Of a DNA stretch of 64,000 nt, positions 44,259-53,927 are shown in pieces. The first letter of the stretch is position 1. Every line of letters starts with the position of its first letter. A program made the translations under genes and the position numbers. The notes beneath the pieces are model-generated. The model was not told the DNA's origin and ran no database searches. It saw nothing but the letters and a program-made list of their open reading frames with translations. This stretch comes from Fidelibacterota bacterium (GTDB lineage Bacteria > Fidelibacterota > UBA2242 > B5-G15): the NCBI GenBank assembly GCA_017656425.1, contig JACDNV010000003.1, positions 164,212 through 228,211 on the forward strand, in the 5' to 3' direction.

Positions 44259-46421
44259 TTAAAATATAATTTTATCCTCTATATTACTTTCCCTTATTTT
44301 GCCGTGAATGGGACATGTTTCTTTTGGCTCAGTCCCTTTTATAAAAATTTCAGTTTCAACTGGACAATATGGTGTAGCAAGTAGTTTCGTCTCTTTACAT
44401 ATCTTAACTTCAATTACGTTCTCGGGTCTTTGGAACTCTCTTGGATACCATCCCATTTCTTTATGCACGATTTTCATAAACTTTGCCCAGATTGGCAATG
44501 CAGCGACAGCGCCGGACTGCCTGTGACCAAGGGAAACAGAAGGATTATCGATACCAACCCATACGCCAGCTGTTAAGTAAGGCGTAAAGCCTACAAGCCA
44601 TGCATCGGAGAAATTATTTGTAGTACCAGTCTTAGCACCACCAGGATGCTTGAAACCAAAAATTCTTCTGGCATTTTTTGCAGTCCCTTCGTTTAATACT
44701 GACTCAAGAAGGCTTATCATAACATAGGCTACCTCCTTGCTAAATACAAAGTCCTTAACGGGTTTATGTTCATATATAATATTTCCATATCTATCAACAA
44801 TCTTCTCAATAGCATAAGGTTTGTTCCAGATACCGTAATTAGCAAAAATACCATAAGCACTCGTTATTTCAATCGGTTTTACAGAGGCAGCACCAAGGGC
44901 TATAGCATCAACAGCAGGGATGTACGTTGTTAGATGCATTCTTCTTGCAGTTTCAACTACTGATTTTGGCTGTATTAGTTCCTGGACAATTCTAACTGTA
45001 ACAAGATTCAATGATCTTTTTAAAGCTTCACGTAATGTTGTAGGTCCTCCTGTAGCCAGGTCATAATTTTTTGGAGCCCATCTCGTTCCATCCTCCATTT
45101 CTACAACAACGGGTTGATTCAGTAGTTGAGTAGTTACAGGGAAACCATTGTCAATAGCAGTTACATACACTATAGGTTTAAAAACAGACCCTGGCTGCCT
45201 TTTTGCCTGCACAGCTCGATTGAATTGTGACTCTCTAAAATTTCGCCCGCCGATCATAGCCAGTATTCGACCTGTTTTATGATCAATAGCCGTAAGTGCA
45301 CATTGGACTGTTAGATACGACTGAAGCGTAGAATCCATAGGAATCTCACCTTTTACCATAGCAACAATCTTTTCAGGAGTAATAGTAGAATCCGGAATTA
45401 ATTTAATTATGGATTCAGGATCACTAATAATCTGTTTATTTAAAACTGATTGTTGCCATTTTAAATGCTCTAAAGTAACAGAATCAGCGATTTCTTGTAT
45501 CCTTGTATCTAATGTGGTATATATAGATAAGCCATCTCTGTATATATCAAATTTATACTTTTTCGCAATACTATTTAATTGCTGTCGCACAAATTCCACG
45601 AAATAAGGAGCAATTTTAGCAGGAGGCTCAGGTTTTTGAATAAATAACGGGGTATTTTTATAAATTGCAAAATCTTCATCGGAAATAAATCCATTTTCTC
45701 TCATAAGAGCAAGTACTACATTCCTCCTCCTAAAAGCATTTTCTGGATGTAAAATAGGTGAATATATATAAGAATTTCTGATAAGACCAGCCAGTAGAGC
45801 ACTTTCATCAACAGTCAATTTATCACAATTTTTATCAAAATATCGCTTGCTCGCTGCCTGAACCCCATATACACCATGTCCGAACCATGTTGAATTCAAG
45901 TACATCTCAAGTATTTCGTCTTTCGAATACCTTTTCTCTATTTCAATAGCTGTAAGTAACTCTTTTATTTTCCTCACTACTGTCTTCTCATATCCAATAT
46001 TTTCATATAAAATTCTCGCAAGCTGCTGAGAAATAGTACTTGCCCCCTGCTTTTTACTTAATGTGGCTATGTCTATAATCACCGCTCTTAAAAAATCTCT
46101 TAGGCTAAATCCCCAGTGTTTATAAAATCTTGTGTCTTCAACAGATATAACTGCTTTCCTCATATGAATGGGTATTTTCTCTATAGGAACATATACTCTC
46201 CTTTGAACAAATAACTCTTGCAATATCTTGCCGTCAGCAGAATAAATTCTTGTTACAAGTTCTGGATTAATATTTTGAAGCTGTTCCGGAGAAGGTAAAT
46301 CCTGCGAAAAGTACGCAATTACACCAAGTAGTATCCCACTACCAATAATGTATATGATTATTACCCAGAAAAATGCCTCTATCCAGCTAATCTGTCTTAC
46401 ATATTTGCTCTTTCTGCCCAT
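44259..46421 (-). CDS. Class A penicillin-binding protein (PBP1A family)
   Basis: EDTRFYKHWG, GASTISQQL, RKIKE; SVFK, SLN, KTG motifs; ATG at 46421 chosen. Confidence 0.95.
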   Translation of the reverse strand: MGRKSKYVRQISWIEAFFWVIIIYIIGSGILLGVIAYFSQDLPSPEQLQNINPELVTRIYSADGKILQELFVQRRVYVPIEKIPIHMRKAVISVEDTRFYKHWGFSLRDFLRAVIIDIATLSKKQGASTISQQLARILYENIGYEKTVVRKIKELLTAIEIEKRYSKDEILEMYLNSTWFGHGVYGVQAASKRYFDKNCDKLTVDESALLAGLIRNSYIYSPILHPENAFRRRNVVLALMRENGFISDEDFAIYKNTPLFIQKPEPPAKIAPYFVEFVRQQLNSIAKKYKFDIYRDGLSIYTTLDTRIQEIADSVTLEHLKWQQSVLNKQIISDPESIIKLIPDSTITPEKIVAMVKGEIPMDSTLQSYLTVQCALTAIDHKTGRILAMIGGRNFRESQFNRAVQAKRQPGSVFKPIVYVTAIDNGFPVTTQLLNQPVVVEMEDGTRWAPKNYDLATGGPTTLREALKRSLNLVTVRIVQELIQPKSVVETARRMHLTTYIPAVDAIALGAASVKPIEITSAYGIFANYGIWNKPYAIEKIVDRYGNIIYEHKPVKDFVFSKEVAYVMISLLESVLNEGTAKNARRIFGFKHPGGAKTGTTNNFSDAWLVGFTPYLTAGVWVGIDNPSVSLGHRQSGAVAALPIWAKFMKIVHKEMGWYPREFQRPENVIEVKICKETKLLATPYCPVETEIFIKGTEPKETCPIHGKIRESNIEDKIIF

Positions 46422-46578
46422 TCTGACACATTCCAAATTTTGACAATGGGAAAATATCAAAAATAAAACTCATATTCAAAAGGAATGTTCTAAAATGGGT
46501 TCGATTTATTCAGAAACAATTTTTTCCTTAAACCAATTAAAAGACTATTATTTATCAAATCCAGCTAATAGATAGATT

Positions 46579-47313
46579 TTACCTCATATTTCTTATCCTG
46601 ACTTCTATTCTTTTTTCATCCTTTAATAAATCCAAAAGCTTTTGAGGATCGGTATCACCGTAATGATAGGGATATAAAATTTTAGGCTTAAAAGATTTCG
46701 CCGCATCGGCAACCATCTCGGGTGTCATAGTGTAAGGAAGATTCATCGGAAGAAAAGCGATGTAAATATTTTTTAGGACCTTCATTTCAGGAATATTCTC
46801 AGTATCACCCGCTATGTACACCCTTTTATCACCTATATTCAAAACATATCCATTTCCTTCACCCTTTGGATGAAAGGGTTCGCCATTGTCTCTTTTATTA
46901 ACAATATTATATGCTGGAACTGCTTCAATTTTAATTCCTGATACCTCTATCCTATCTCCGTTATGAAGCACCTTGCCGCCTTCCAGTACCTTCGAACATT
47001 TTTTTGTATAAATAATTACTGTATTTTCTTTCTGTATCTTCTTTATAGCCTCTACATCAAAATGATCACTATGATGATGGGTAATTAGAATAATATCAGC
47101 ATCTGGCAGCTTATTATAATCGTATAGCCTGCCAAATGGATCAATATGAATTACCATATCATTAATTTCGAACATCAACGTACCATGCCCTATAAAATGG
47201 ATCTTCAGAACACCGATAGACGTTTTAATTACGTCTATTTGACATTTCTCTTTCCCAAGAATAATTCCATATAAACAAATAAAAAATATTAAGGAATAAA
47301 TTAATGTTTTCAT
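46579..47313 (-). CDS. Secreted MBL-fold metallo-hydrolase
   Basis: Signal peptide, THHHSDH, AGDT, PYHY. Confidence 0.9.
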   Translation of the reverse strand: MKTLIYSLIFFICLYGIILGKEKCQIDVIKTSIGVLKIHFIGHGTLMFEINDMVIHIDPFGRLYDYNKLPDADIILITHHHSDHFDVEAIKKIQKENTVIIYTKKCSKVLEGGKVLHNGDRIEVSGIKIEAVPAYNIVNKRDNGEPFHPKGEGNGYVLNIGDKRVYIAGDTENIPEMKVLKNIYIAFLPMNLPYTMTPEMVADAAKSFKPKILYPYHYGDTDPQKLLDLLKDEKRIEVRIRNMR

Positions 47314-47326
47314 TTATCCTCCTGAA

Positions 47327-47962
47327 TTATCTACTCAGGGAAAAATTGATAGCAATTATATCACTACTCCTCCACAAATCGTTTCTCTTTTTTGACTCAA
47401 GAACATATATCAATGCTAAACCGATCCTTTTGGCAGGATAAAAACCTATACCTACATAAACCCTATTTCTATTAAAATCTTGGACATCGCTTTCATAAAA
47501 TAGTTCATAAGCAATGAATGGTTTCAAGGAAAATTCTATATATACGGGGAAATTCACCCTTAGTTGAGTTCTATTTCTTAATAGTTTCTCATCACTTTTG
47601 ATCCTTCGAACAATTTTATCCCTTACTTCCACACTCATTTTACCAAAATTATATTTGCCCTTTATATATAAATATGGTCTGTATTCTGTAATCCAGTTTG
47701 AATTTTTTATCTCAAACACCTGACGGTAATAAGGTCCAATAGATAAAAAATTATTCACCTTAAAATCAAATCCATAATCGTAGTGGGAATAAAAATACCC
47801 TCCCAGCCTATCATCATACCTATTTTCCAATGACACACTCAGATTCAACCTTTCTTTAAGATTTAATTTTAATGCATATTGGTTCCATATAATTTCTACT
47901 GAAAAAACATTACCGGCAAAAATAACCAATATTGCCAGAATAATAATCACCCTATTTCTCAT
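47327..47962 (-). CDS. Outer-membrane beta-barrel, DUF2490-like
   Basis: Signal peptide; EYRPY, RNRTQL, YELF, NRVYVGIG strands. Confidence 0.7.
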   Translation of the reverse strand: MRNRVIIILAILVIFAGNVFSVEIIWNQYALKLNLKERLNLSVSLENRYDDRLGGYFYSHYDYGFDFKVNNFLSIGPYYRQVFEIKNSNWITEYRPYLYIKGKYNFGKMSVEVRDKIVRRIKSDEKLLRNRTQLRVNFPVYIEFSLKPFIAYELFYESDVQDFNRNRVYVGIGFYPAKRIGLALIYVLESKKRNDLWRSSDIIAINFSLSR

Positions 47963-48096
47963 ACTGCTCCTCCATTTTTCAGAATTTGATTTTATTCACA
48001 CAAAAGACAAAATTCAATAGATCCACTGGTAAGTAAAAGGTTCCTCAATAACAATTTTATTAGGTTTTGCAAGAGAACAAACTCTTCAAAAATTCC

Positions 48097-49287
48097 CTAA
48101 AAAGCTAATCTTTTAAACTTCGGATGTTTCTGCATTTCACTCAACACTTCTAAGGGAGAAATCCCATCGTAAAATACATAATTTTTAACTCTATCTCTTA
48201 TCTCTTTATTTAAATCCTTAACAAGATTTCTTTCAATAATTTCAGAAACATTGTTTACATTCCTAACGGAAATTACGTCTCCACACTGATAGGACCAATA
48301 AGTGTTAGTTACATCATTAAAAGATATCCTTTGAGGACATTCATCATTGTGATCAAGAAAAATAGACGGCTTATCAAAGTACAAGTAATCATAAAAGGCA
48401 GATGTCCTATCGGTTATCAGTAAATCAGAAATGTCCATGTATGGGAGATAATCACCGCCTAAAACATCTAGGTAATATCTTATTCGTGATTTTTTTAAAG
48501 ATAAAAGAAGCTCGTCCAACAATTCTTTTTCATAGATTATATTAGGGTGCAGTTTCAATATATAATTATAATCCTCTGGCAAAACTCCCAACTTTAACAT
48601 TTTTATAAAAAAAGGGATAGAGCTATACGTTGGATTTTTTCTGGCTGGATCATAGGAAAATGTTGGCATATAGAGAATAATCTTTTTTGTTAAATCAAAA
48701 GAGGCAAATCTTTCAATGATTTTACTTGTATCTGGTTTATTTTTCATATAATGTTGTACCCTTATATTTCCCGAAAGTATCACCTGAATCTCACTACCAT
48801 TAGGTGTCTTTAAAAACAAGGAACGACTATATAATCTCTTATCTTTTGGAATCTTCATCACTGTATAAAAAATGTCTAGATCTTTCCTGCCGTTATAAAC
48901 TGTTATGTCCCACATAAAATTGGTTGAGATATAACCTCTGTCGGTAAATTTACCCTGAACTCCATGGTTTATGAATCCAATCACCACTTTTCTATTTATT
49001 TTTGGTCTGATTTTCTCTTCGAATAAAACATAAGCATTTGAATGTAAAAGGAAACTGGCCTGGTTTAAGTAGTTTATCAATTCCTCGCTATCGTAGGAAA
49101 ATGTGATAAAGTTTATATTAGGGAATTCTTTTTTAACAATCTCAATATATTTTGTATTTCCGTTTATCACAAAGCATAACTTATCTTTTGTAGTTTCAAT
49201 GTATGGAATTAAATAGTAAAGATGATGGTGGCTCGAACCAACTATAAAAAACCTATATAAAATTTGATTCTTTTTTGAATGATTCAT
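48097..49287 (-). CDS. CDP-glycerol glycerophosphotransferase (TagB/TagF-like) family protein
   Basis: NHG, ILYMPTF, KLHP, SDLLITDRTSAFYDYLYFDKP. Confidence 0.8.
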   Translation of the reverse strand: MNHSKKNQILYRFFIVGSSHHHLYYLIPYIETTKDKLCFVINGNTKYIEIVKKEFPNINFITFSYDSEELINYLNQASFLLHSNAYVLFEEKIRPKINRKVVIGFINHGVQGKFTDRGYISTNFMWDITVYNGRKDLDIFYTVMKIPKDKRLYSRSLFLKTPNGSEIQVILSGNIRVQHYMKNKPDTSKIIERFASFDLTKKIILYMPTFSYDPARKNPTYSSIPFFIKMLKLGVLPEDYNYILKLHPNIIYEKELLDELLLSLKKSRIRYYLDVLGGDYLPYMDISDLLITDRTSAFYDYLYFDKPSIFLDHNDECPQRISFNDVTNTYWSYQCGDVISVRNVNNVSEIIERNLVKDLNKEIRDRVKNYVFYDGISPLEVLSEMQKHPKFKRLAF

Positions 49288-49303
49288 AACTCAAAATATA
49301 ATT

Positions 49304-49648
49304 TTAAATATCCAATACAGGCCGCATCGATTTTACTTTTTCAATATCCTTAAGGACTCTTTCATCATCTGACAGATAAATTCTTATCATATCAAGCAAT
49401 TTATTTATGAACTCATCCTCACTTAATGAAAATATTATGTACCTACCATATTTTTTCTGTACAACTATCCCTGCTTCAGACAATATTTTTAAATGATTTG
49501 ATAATGTTGAAAGAACAATATTATCCAGAATAGATGAAATTTCGCAAAGACACATCGATCTTTCTTTTAATATAATACAGACCCTAAGCCTATTAAAATC
49601 TGAAATTGCTTTTAATATCTTACTTATAGTGACAATATTTTTCATCAT
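49304..49648 (-). CDS. ArsR/SmtB family transcriptional regulator
   Basis: KAISDFNRLRV, MCLCEI, LSNHLKILSEAGIV, GRYIIF. Confidence 0.88.
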   Translation of the reverse strand: MMKNIVTISKILKAISDFNRLRVCIILKERSMCLCEISSILDNIVLSTLSNHLKILSEAGIVVQKKYGRYIIFSLSEDEFINKLLDMIRIYLSDDERVLKDIEKVKSMRPVLDI

Positions 49649-49765
49649 CTAATAATAACATAAAATCAGGTATTTGTAAAGGATTTTGAATTAAATTATT
49701 TAATTACTCAATATTTTTTAATCTAAATTCAGAACAAGTTGCCTGAAAAAATAGCATTTGATACT

Positions 49766-49796
49766 TTGCTGATATAAATAAAAAATTTATCAGCAA
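49766..49796. repeat. Inverted repeat (9-bp arms)
   Basis: TTGCTGATA...TATCAGCAA in the arsR-rplU intergenic region. Confidence 0.5.
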
Positions 49797-50055
49797 CACT
49801 ACTCTCCATTTGTATGAGCTCTCTGAGGGAAAGTAGTATATATAATATTATCAATTTTATAATACACAAATCCTGAAAGTTCATGAAAAAAATTTTAGCA
49901 ATAATTTTAATATATATTTCTTTAAGTAGCTGACTATGGGCGTTACGAGTTTTAATCATATAGGATTTACATCGCGATAGTTACTATCATACGAAGGATC
50001 ACTATGAAAAATGGATGTTTTTCGCTGGGAATGGCCGGAAAATTCTTGTGAAAAC

Positions 50056-50084
50056 TTGACAAATGTTCAGGATATATATAAATT
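50056..50084 (+). promoter_or_regulatory. Sigma70-like promoter for rplU-rpmA
   Basis: TTGACA-17-TAAATT. Confidence 0.7.
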
Positions 50085-50111
50085 CGAAGCCTGAAAAATT
50101 GAGAAGGAGAT

Positions 50112-50522
50112 ATGGAAAGAAAAACATATGCAATAGCTGAAATAGCTGGAAAACAGGTAATATTAGAACAAAATAAAGATTTAACAGTTCCCAAATTAGA
50201 CCTGGAGCCAGGAAATAAATTGATAATAGACAAAATACTATATTATAAAAATGATGAAACAATAGAAATTGGTACTCCGTATATTGAGGGAATGAAATTT
50301 GAAGCAATTGTAAAAGAGCATTTTAGAGACAACAAAGTGATAGTATTTAAAAAGAAAAGAAGAAAAGGATACAAGGTAAAAAAGGGACATCGCCAGGAAT
50401 ATACAATAATACATATAGACAAACTTGAATCATCACCTATAACTAAAAAGCAAACAACAAAACAAAAGGTTCAAACTTCAAAAGTAAAAGATTCTAAAGA
50501 GGAGACTAGCAATGGCACATAA
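50112..50522 (+). CDS. rplU: 50S ribosomal protein L21 with C-terminal extension
   Basis: [24 protein letters not shown]...GHRQ. Confidence 0.96.
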   Translation: MERKTYAIAEIAGKQVILEQNKDLTVPKLDLEPGNKLIIDKILYYKNDETIEIGTPYIEGMKFEAIVKEHFRDNKVIVFKKKRRKGYKVKKGHRQEYTIIHIDKLESSPITKKQTTKQKVQTSKVKDSKEETSNGT

Positions 50523-50766
50523 AAAAGGAGTAGGTAGCTCCAAAAATGGGCGTGAAAGCCACTCGAAACGATTGGGGGTAAAACGCTTTGGGAGTCAATA
50601 CGTCACTGCAGGAACAATCCTTGTACGTCAGCGAGGGACGAAGTTTCATCCAGGTAAAAACGTTGGAAAAGGTGGCGACGATACACTATTCGCTCTGACC
50701 AATGGAATTGTCCAGTTTGAGAAGAAAAACAAAAATAAAAGATTTATTCACGTCATTCCAAATTAA
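50512..50766 (+). CDS. rpmA: 50S ribosomal protein L27
   Basis: [28 protein letters not shown]. Confidence 0.98.
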   Translation: MAHKKGVGSSKNGRESHSKRLGVKRFGSQYVTAGTILVRQRGTKFHPGKNVGKGGDDTLFALTNGIVQFEKKNKNKRFIHVIPN

Positions 50767-50909
50767 CCATATATAACTCTGAACAAGATTTTACTTATCA
50801 ATTAAAGACTAAATAATCTAGCTTTACTGGTTTCCGTGTAGTTGCACCTTATGAAATTAATATATTTTATTCTGAATATTTTCTAATTAATAAAAAATTT
50901 TCTGTCCCA

Positions 50910-51170
<261 letters not shown>

Positions 51171-51249
51171 TTATTTTTCAATATTTAACTATTTTAACTT
51201 AGATTATCAAACTGTAGTAGCGGAGTTTTTTTAAAACGAGGAATTAATA

Positions 51250-52521
51250 ATGCAGGAAAATCAAAAAGGTCCCAGATATGATTTGAATAATCCGATTTAC
51301 CGATGGCTAATACTAATAATGCTAAGCTTTGCTATGTTCGGTAATTATTATGTGTACGATTCCATTAGTCCTTTAGCTGACTTACTAAAAAAACAGCTGG
51401 GTTTTACAGACAGAAACATTGGTCTTCTTAACATGGTCTACAGCCTTCCCAATATAATTTTTGTACTAATAGGAGGTATGATAATAGACTATCTTGGCAC
51501 ACGTAAATCAGCTTTGATTTTTTCTATTACATGTATGATGGGAAGTCTACTCACAACTTTCAGTGGCGGAAATTTAACAGTAATGGCTACAGGAAGACTT
51601 ATTTTTGGTCTCGGAGCAGAAACTCTAATCGTAACTATTACAACAATTCTTGCAAAATGGTTCAAAGGAAAGGAACTCTCTTTTGCATTTGGCTTAAACC
51701 TAACTATAGCAAGACTGGGTAGCTTTGCAGCATTGAATTCTCCTACCTGGGCAAAATCCCTCTACAACACCTGGAAAGGACCCTTAATTATCTCTACAGC
51801 CGGAGCTGGTTTATCTGTTCTGGCACTTATTTTATATGTTCTAATGGAAATAAGTACACAGCGGAAGTTCCAGCTAGGACCAGAACCAAAACAGGACAAG
51901 ATTGATTTTAGGAGTATAGCATCCTTCGGGCGACCGTATTGGTACATCACAATTCTATGTGTAACATTCTACTCTGGCATTTTCCCTTTTCAAACTTTTG
52001 CAATAAAATTTTTTATTGAACACCACCATCTATCCCGTCAGGTTGCAGGCTTTGCCTCCAGTGTAATCACACTAGCCGCAATGATCGGTACTCCTATATT
52101 TGGCTTGTATATTGATAAGTTTGGAAAAAGAGCGTCTGTGATGATAATAGGTTCATTACTCATCATACCCGTTTACTTATTACTCGTTCATACAAAAATA
52201 CATCCAATTTTCTTAACATTCATAATGGGCATAGCATTTTCACTTGTACCCGCTGCCATGTGGCCATCAGTAGCATTAATTGTGAAACAGCAAAATCTTG
52301 GTACGGCTTACGGTCTAATGACAATGATTCAAAATATAGGACTTACTGCTTTCAATTACATTATTGGTTTGGCGAACGATATAAGTACATCTGATGGGGT
52401 TACAGATTATAGACTTGGAATGTATATATTTTCAATAACTGGTATTACTGCACTTATTTTTGCATTCCTCCTAAGAGCTGAAAAAACGGCTAAGGAAGTA
52501 CTTGAAAAATCTCGTATGTAG
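51250..52521 (+). CDS. MFS transporter, MFSD1-like
   Basis: About 12 TM; FGNYYVYD, YSLPN, GRLIFGLGAE, WFKGKELSFAFG, GTAYGLMTMIQN. Confidence 0.85.
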   Translation: MQENQKGPRYDLNNPIYRWLILIMLSFAMFGNYYVYDSISPLADLLKKQLGFTDRNIGLLNMVYSLPNIIFVLIGGMIIDYLGTRKSALIFSITCMMGSLLTTFSGGNLTVMATGRLIFGLGAETLIVTITTILAKWFKGKELSFAFGLNLTIARLGSFAALNSPTWAKSLYNTWKGPLIISTAGAGLSVLALILYVLMEISTQRKFQLGPEPKQDKIDFRSIASFGRPYWYITILCVTFYSGIFPFQTFAIKFFIEHHHLSRQVAGFASSVITLAAMIGTPIFGLYIDKFGKRASVMIIGSLLIIPVYLLLVHTKIHPIFLTFIMGIAFSLVPAAMWPSVALIVKQQNLGTAYGLMTMIQNIGLTAFNYIIGLANDISTSDGVTDYRLGMYIFSITGITALIFAFLLRAEKTAKEVLEKSRM

Positions 52522-52592
52522 AACATTAGAAAAAGAAATTATTATAATCACTGTATTTAGAATTTGAATATGAGAAACTATTAAAATAGCCT

Positions 52593-53927
52593 ATGGACCT
52601 TTTTAAAAAAGAAAATTCAAATCAAGAACTCCTGCCTCCACTTGCAGAACGCGTTAGACCTACAACATTAGAAGATTTCATAGGGCAGGAGCATATAGCT
52701 GGTGAAGATAAAATATTATCTAAAGCACTTAAAAGTGGTAATATTTTTTCTATGATACTATGGGGACCACCTGGCTCTGGCAAGACAACACTTGCAAAAA
52801 TTATAGCTAAAAATATAAAAGCAAAACTATACGAAATAAGTGCTGTATCAAGTGGGGTAAATGAAATTAGGAAGATTATCGAAAATGCCAAATATAATAG
52901 ATCACACGGGTTTAGAACCATACTTTTTATTGATGAAATTCACAGATTCAACAAAGCGCAACAGGACGCATTGTTACATGCGGTTGAAGAGGGTAAAATA
53001 ATATTAATTGGTGCTACAACTGAAAATCCATCATTTGAAGTAATACCGCCTTTGATTTCGCGGTGCAGAGTGCTAAAACTAAACCCTCTCAGCATAGAGA
53101 ATCTGGAAAAAATATTTTACAACGCCATAAGTAAAGATATAATTTTGAGCAAATATAAAATTGATATAAGCAAGGAAAATCTCAAATTCCTATTAATAAA
53201 TTCAACCGGAGATGCGAGAAAACTACTGAACATTATTGAAACTGTGTATTTTTTGATCAATCCTGGAGGTTCCAAAAGTTTTGAAATCACAAAAGAATTA
53301 ATAGTCGAGGCTCTTCAGCAAAGAAAAACATTATATGACAAGAAAGGTGATTATCACTACGATACAATATCTGCATTTATCAAAAGCATTAGAGGTAGCG
53401 ATCCTGATGCTGCTATATACTGGCTTGCAGTTATGCTGGAAGGAGGGGAAGATGTTTTATTTATTGCTCGCAGACTTATTATTTTAGCAAGTGAAGATAT
53501 AGGGAACGCTGACCCAAATGCTTTAAATGTGGCTGTATCGGGGTACAATGCCGTTCATTTCATTGGAATGCCAGAAGCGGCTATTGTACTGGCTCAAGTA
53601 ACTACATACCTGGCATCTGCACCAAAAAGCAATGCATCATACCTTGCAATCAATAGGGCTATTGAAGATGTAAAAAAAAGTGACATGCCAAATGTACCTC
53701 TACACCTGAGGAACGCACCTACAAATCTCATGAAGTCCCTTGGATATGGCATTAACTATAAATATCCCCATGACTATGGCGGACATTTTGTAAAGGAAAA
53801 TTACTTCCCAGAGAATACTGAACCTAAAAACTACTATCAACCATCAGAAGAGGGATATGAAAAGTTTATCAAAGAGAGACTATTAAAACTCTGGCCTGAT
53901 AGATCCACAAAAAATGAAAAAAAATAA
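52593..53927 (+). CDS. rarA: Replication-associated recombination protein A (RarA/MgsA)
   Basis: PLAERVRP, GPPGSGKT, DEIHRFNKAQQD, SAFIKSIRGSD, VPLHLRNAPT. Confidence 0.96.
   Translation: MDLFKKENSNQELLPPLAERVRPTTLEDFIGQEHIAGEDKILSKALKSGNIFSMILWGPPGSGKTTLAKIIAKNIKAKLYEISAVSSGVNEIRKIIENAKYNRSHGFRTILFIDEIHRFNKAQQDALLHAVEEGKIILIGATTENPSFEVIPPLISRCRVLKLNPLSIENLEKIFYNAISKDIILSKYKIDISKENLKFLLINSTGDARKLLNIIETVYFLINPGGSKSFEITKELIVEALQQRKTLYDKKGDYHYDTISAFIKSIRGSDPDAAIYWLAVMLEGGEDVLFIARRLIILASEDIGNADPNALNVAVSGYNAVHFIGMPEAAIVLAQVTTYLASAPKSNASYLAINRAIEDVKKSDMPNVPLHLRNAPTNLMKSLGYGINYKYPHDYGGHFVKENYFPENTEPKNYYQPSEEGYEKFIKERLLKLWPDRSTKNEKK

Noticed and set aside
49729..50307. Short minus-strand ORFs in the arsR-rplU region
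   Set aside because: No recognisable motifs or RBS; two overlap rplU or its promoter in antisense.
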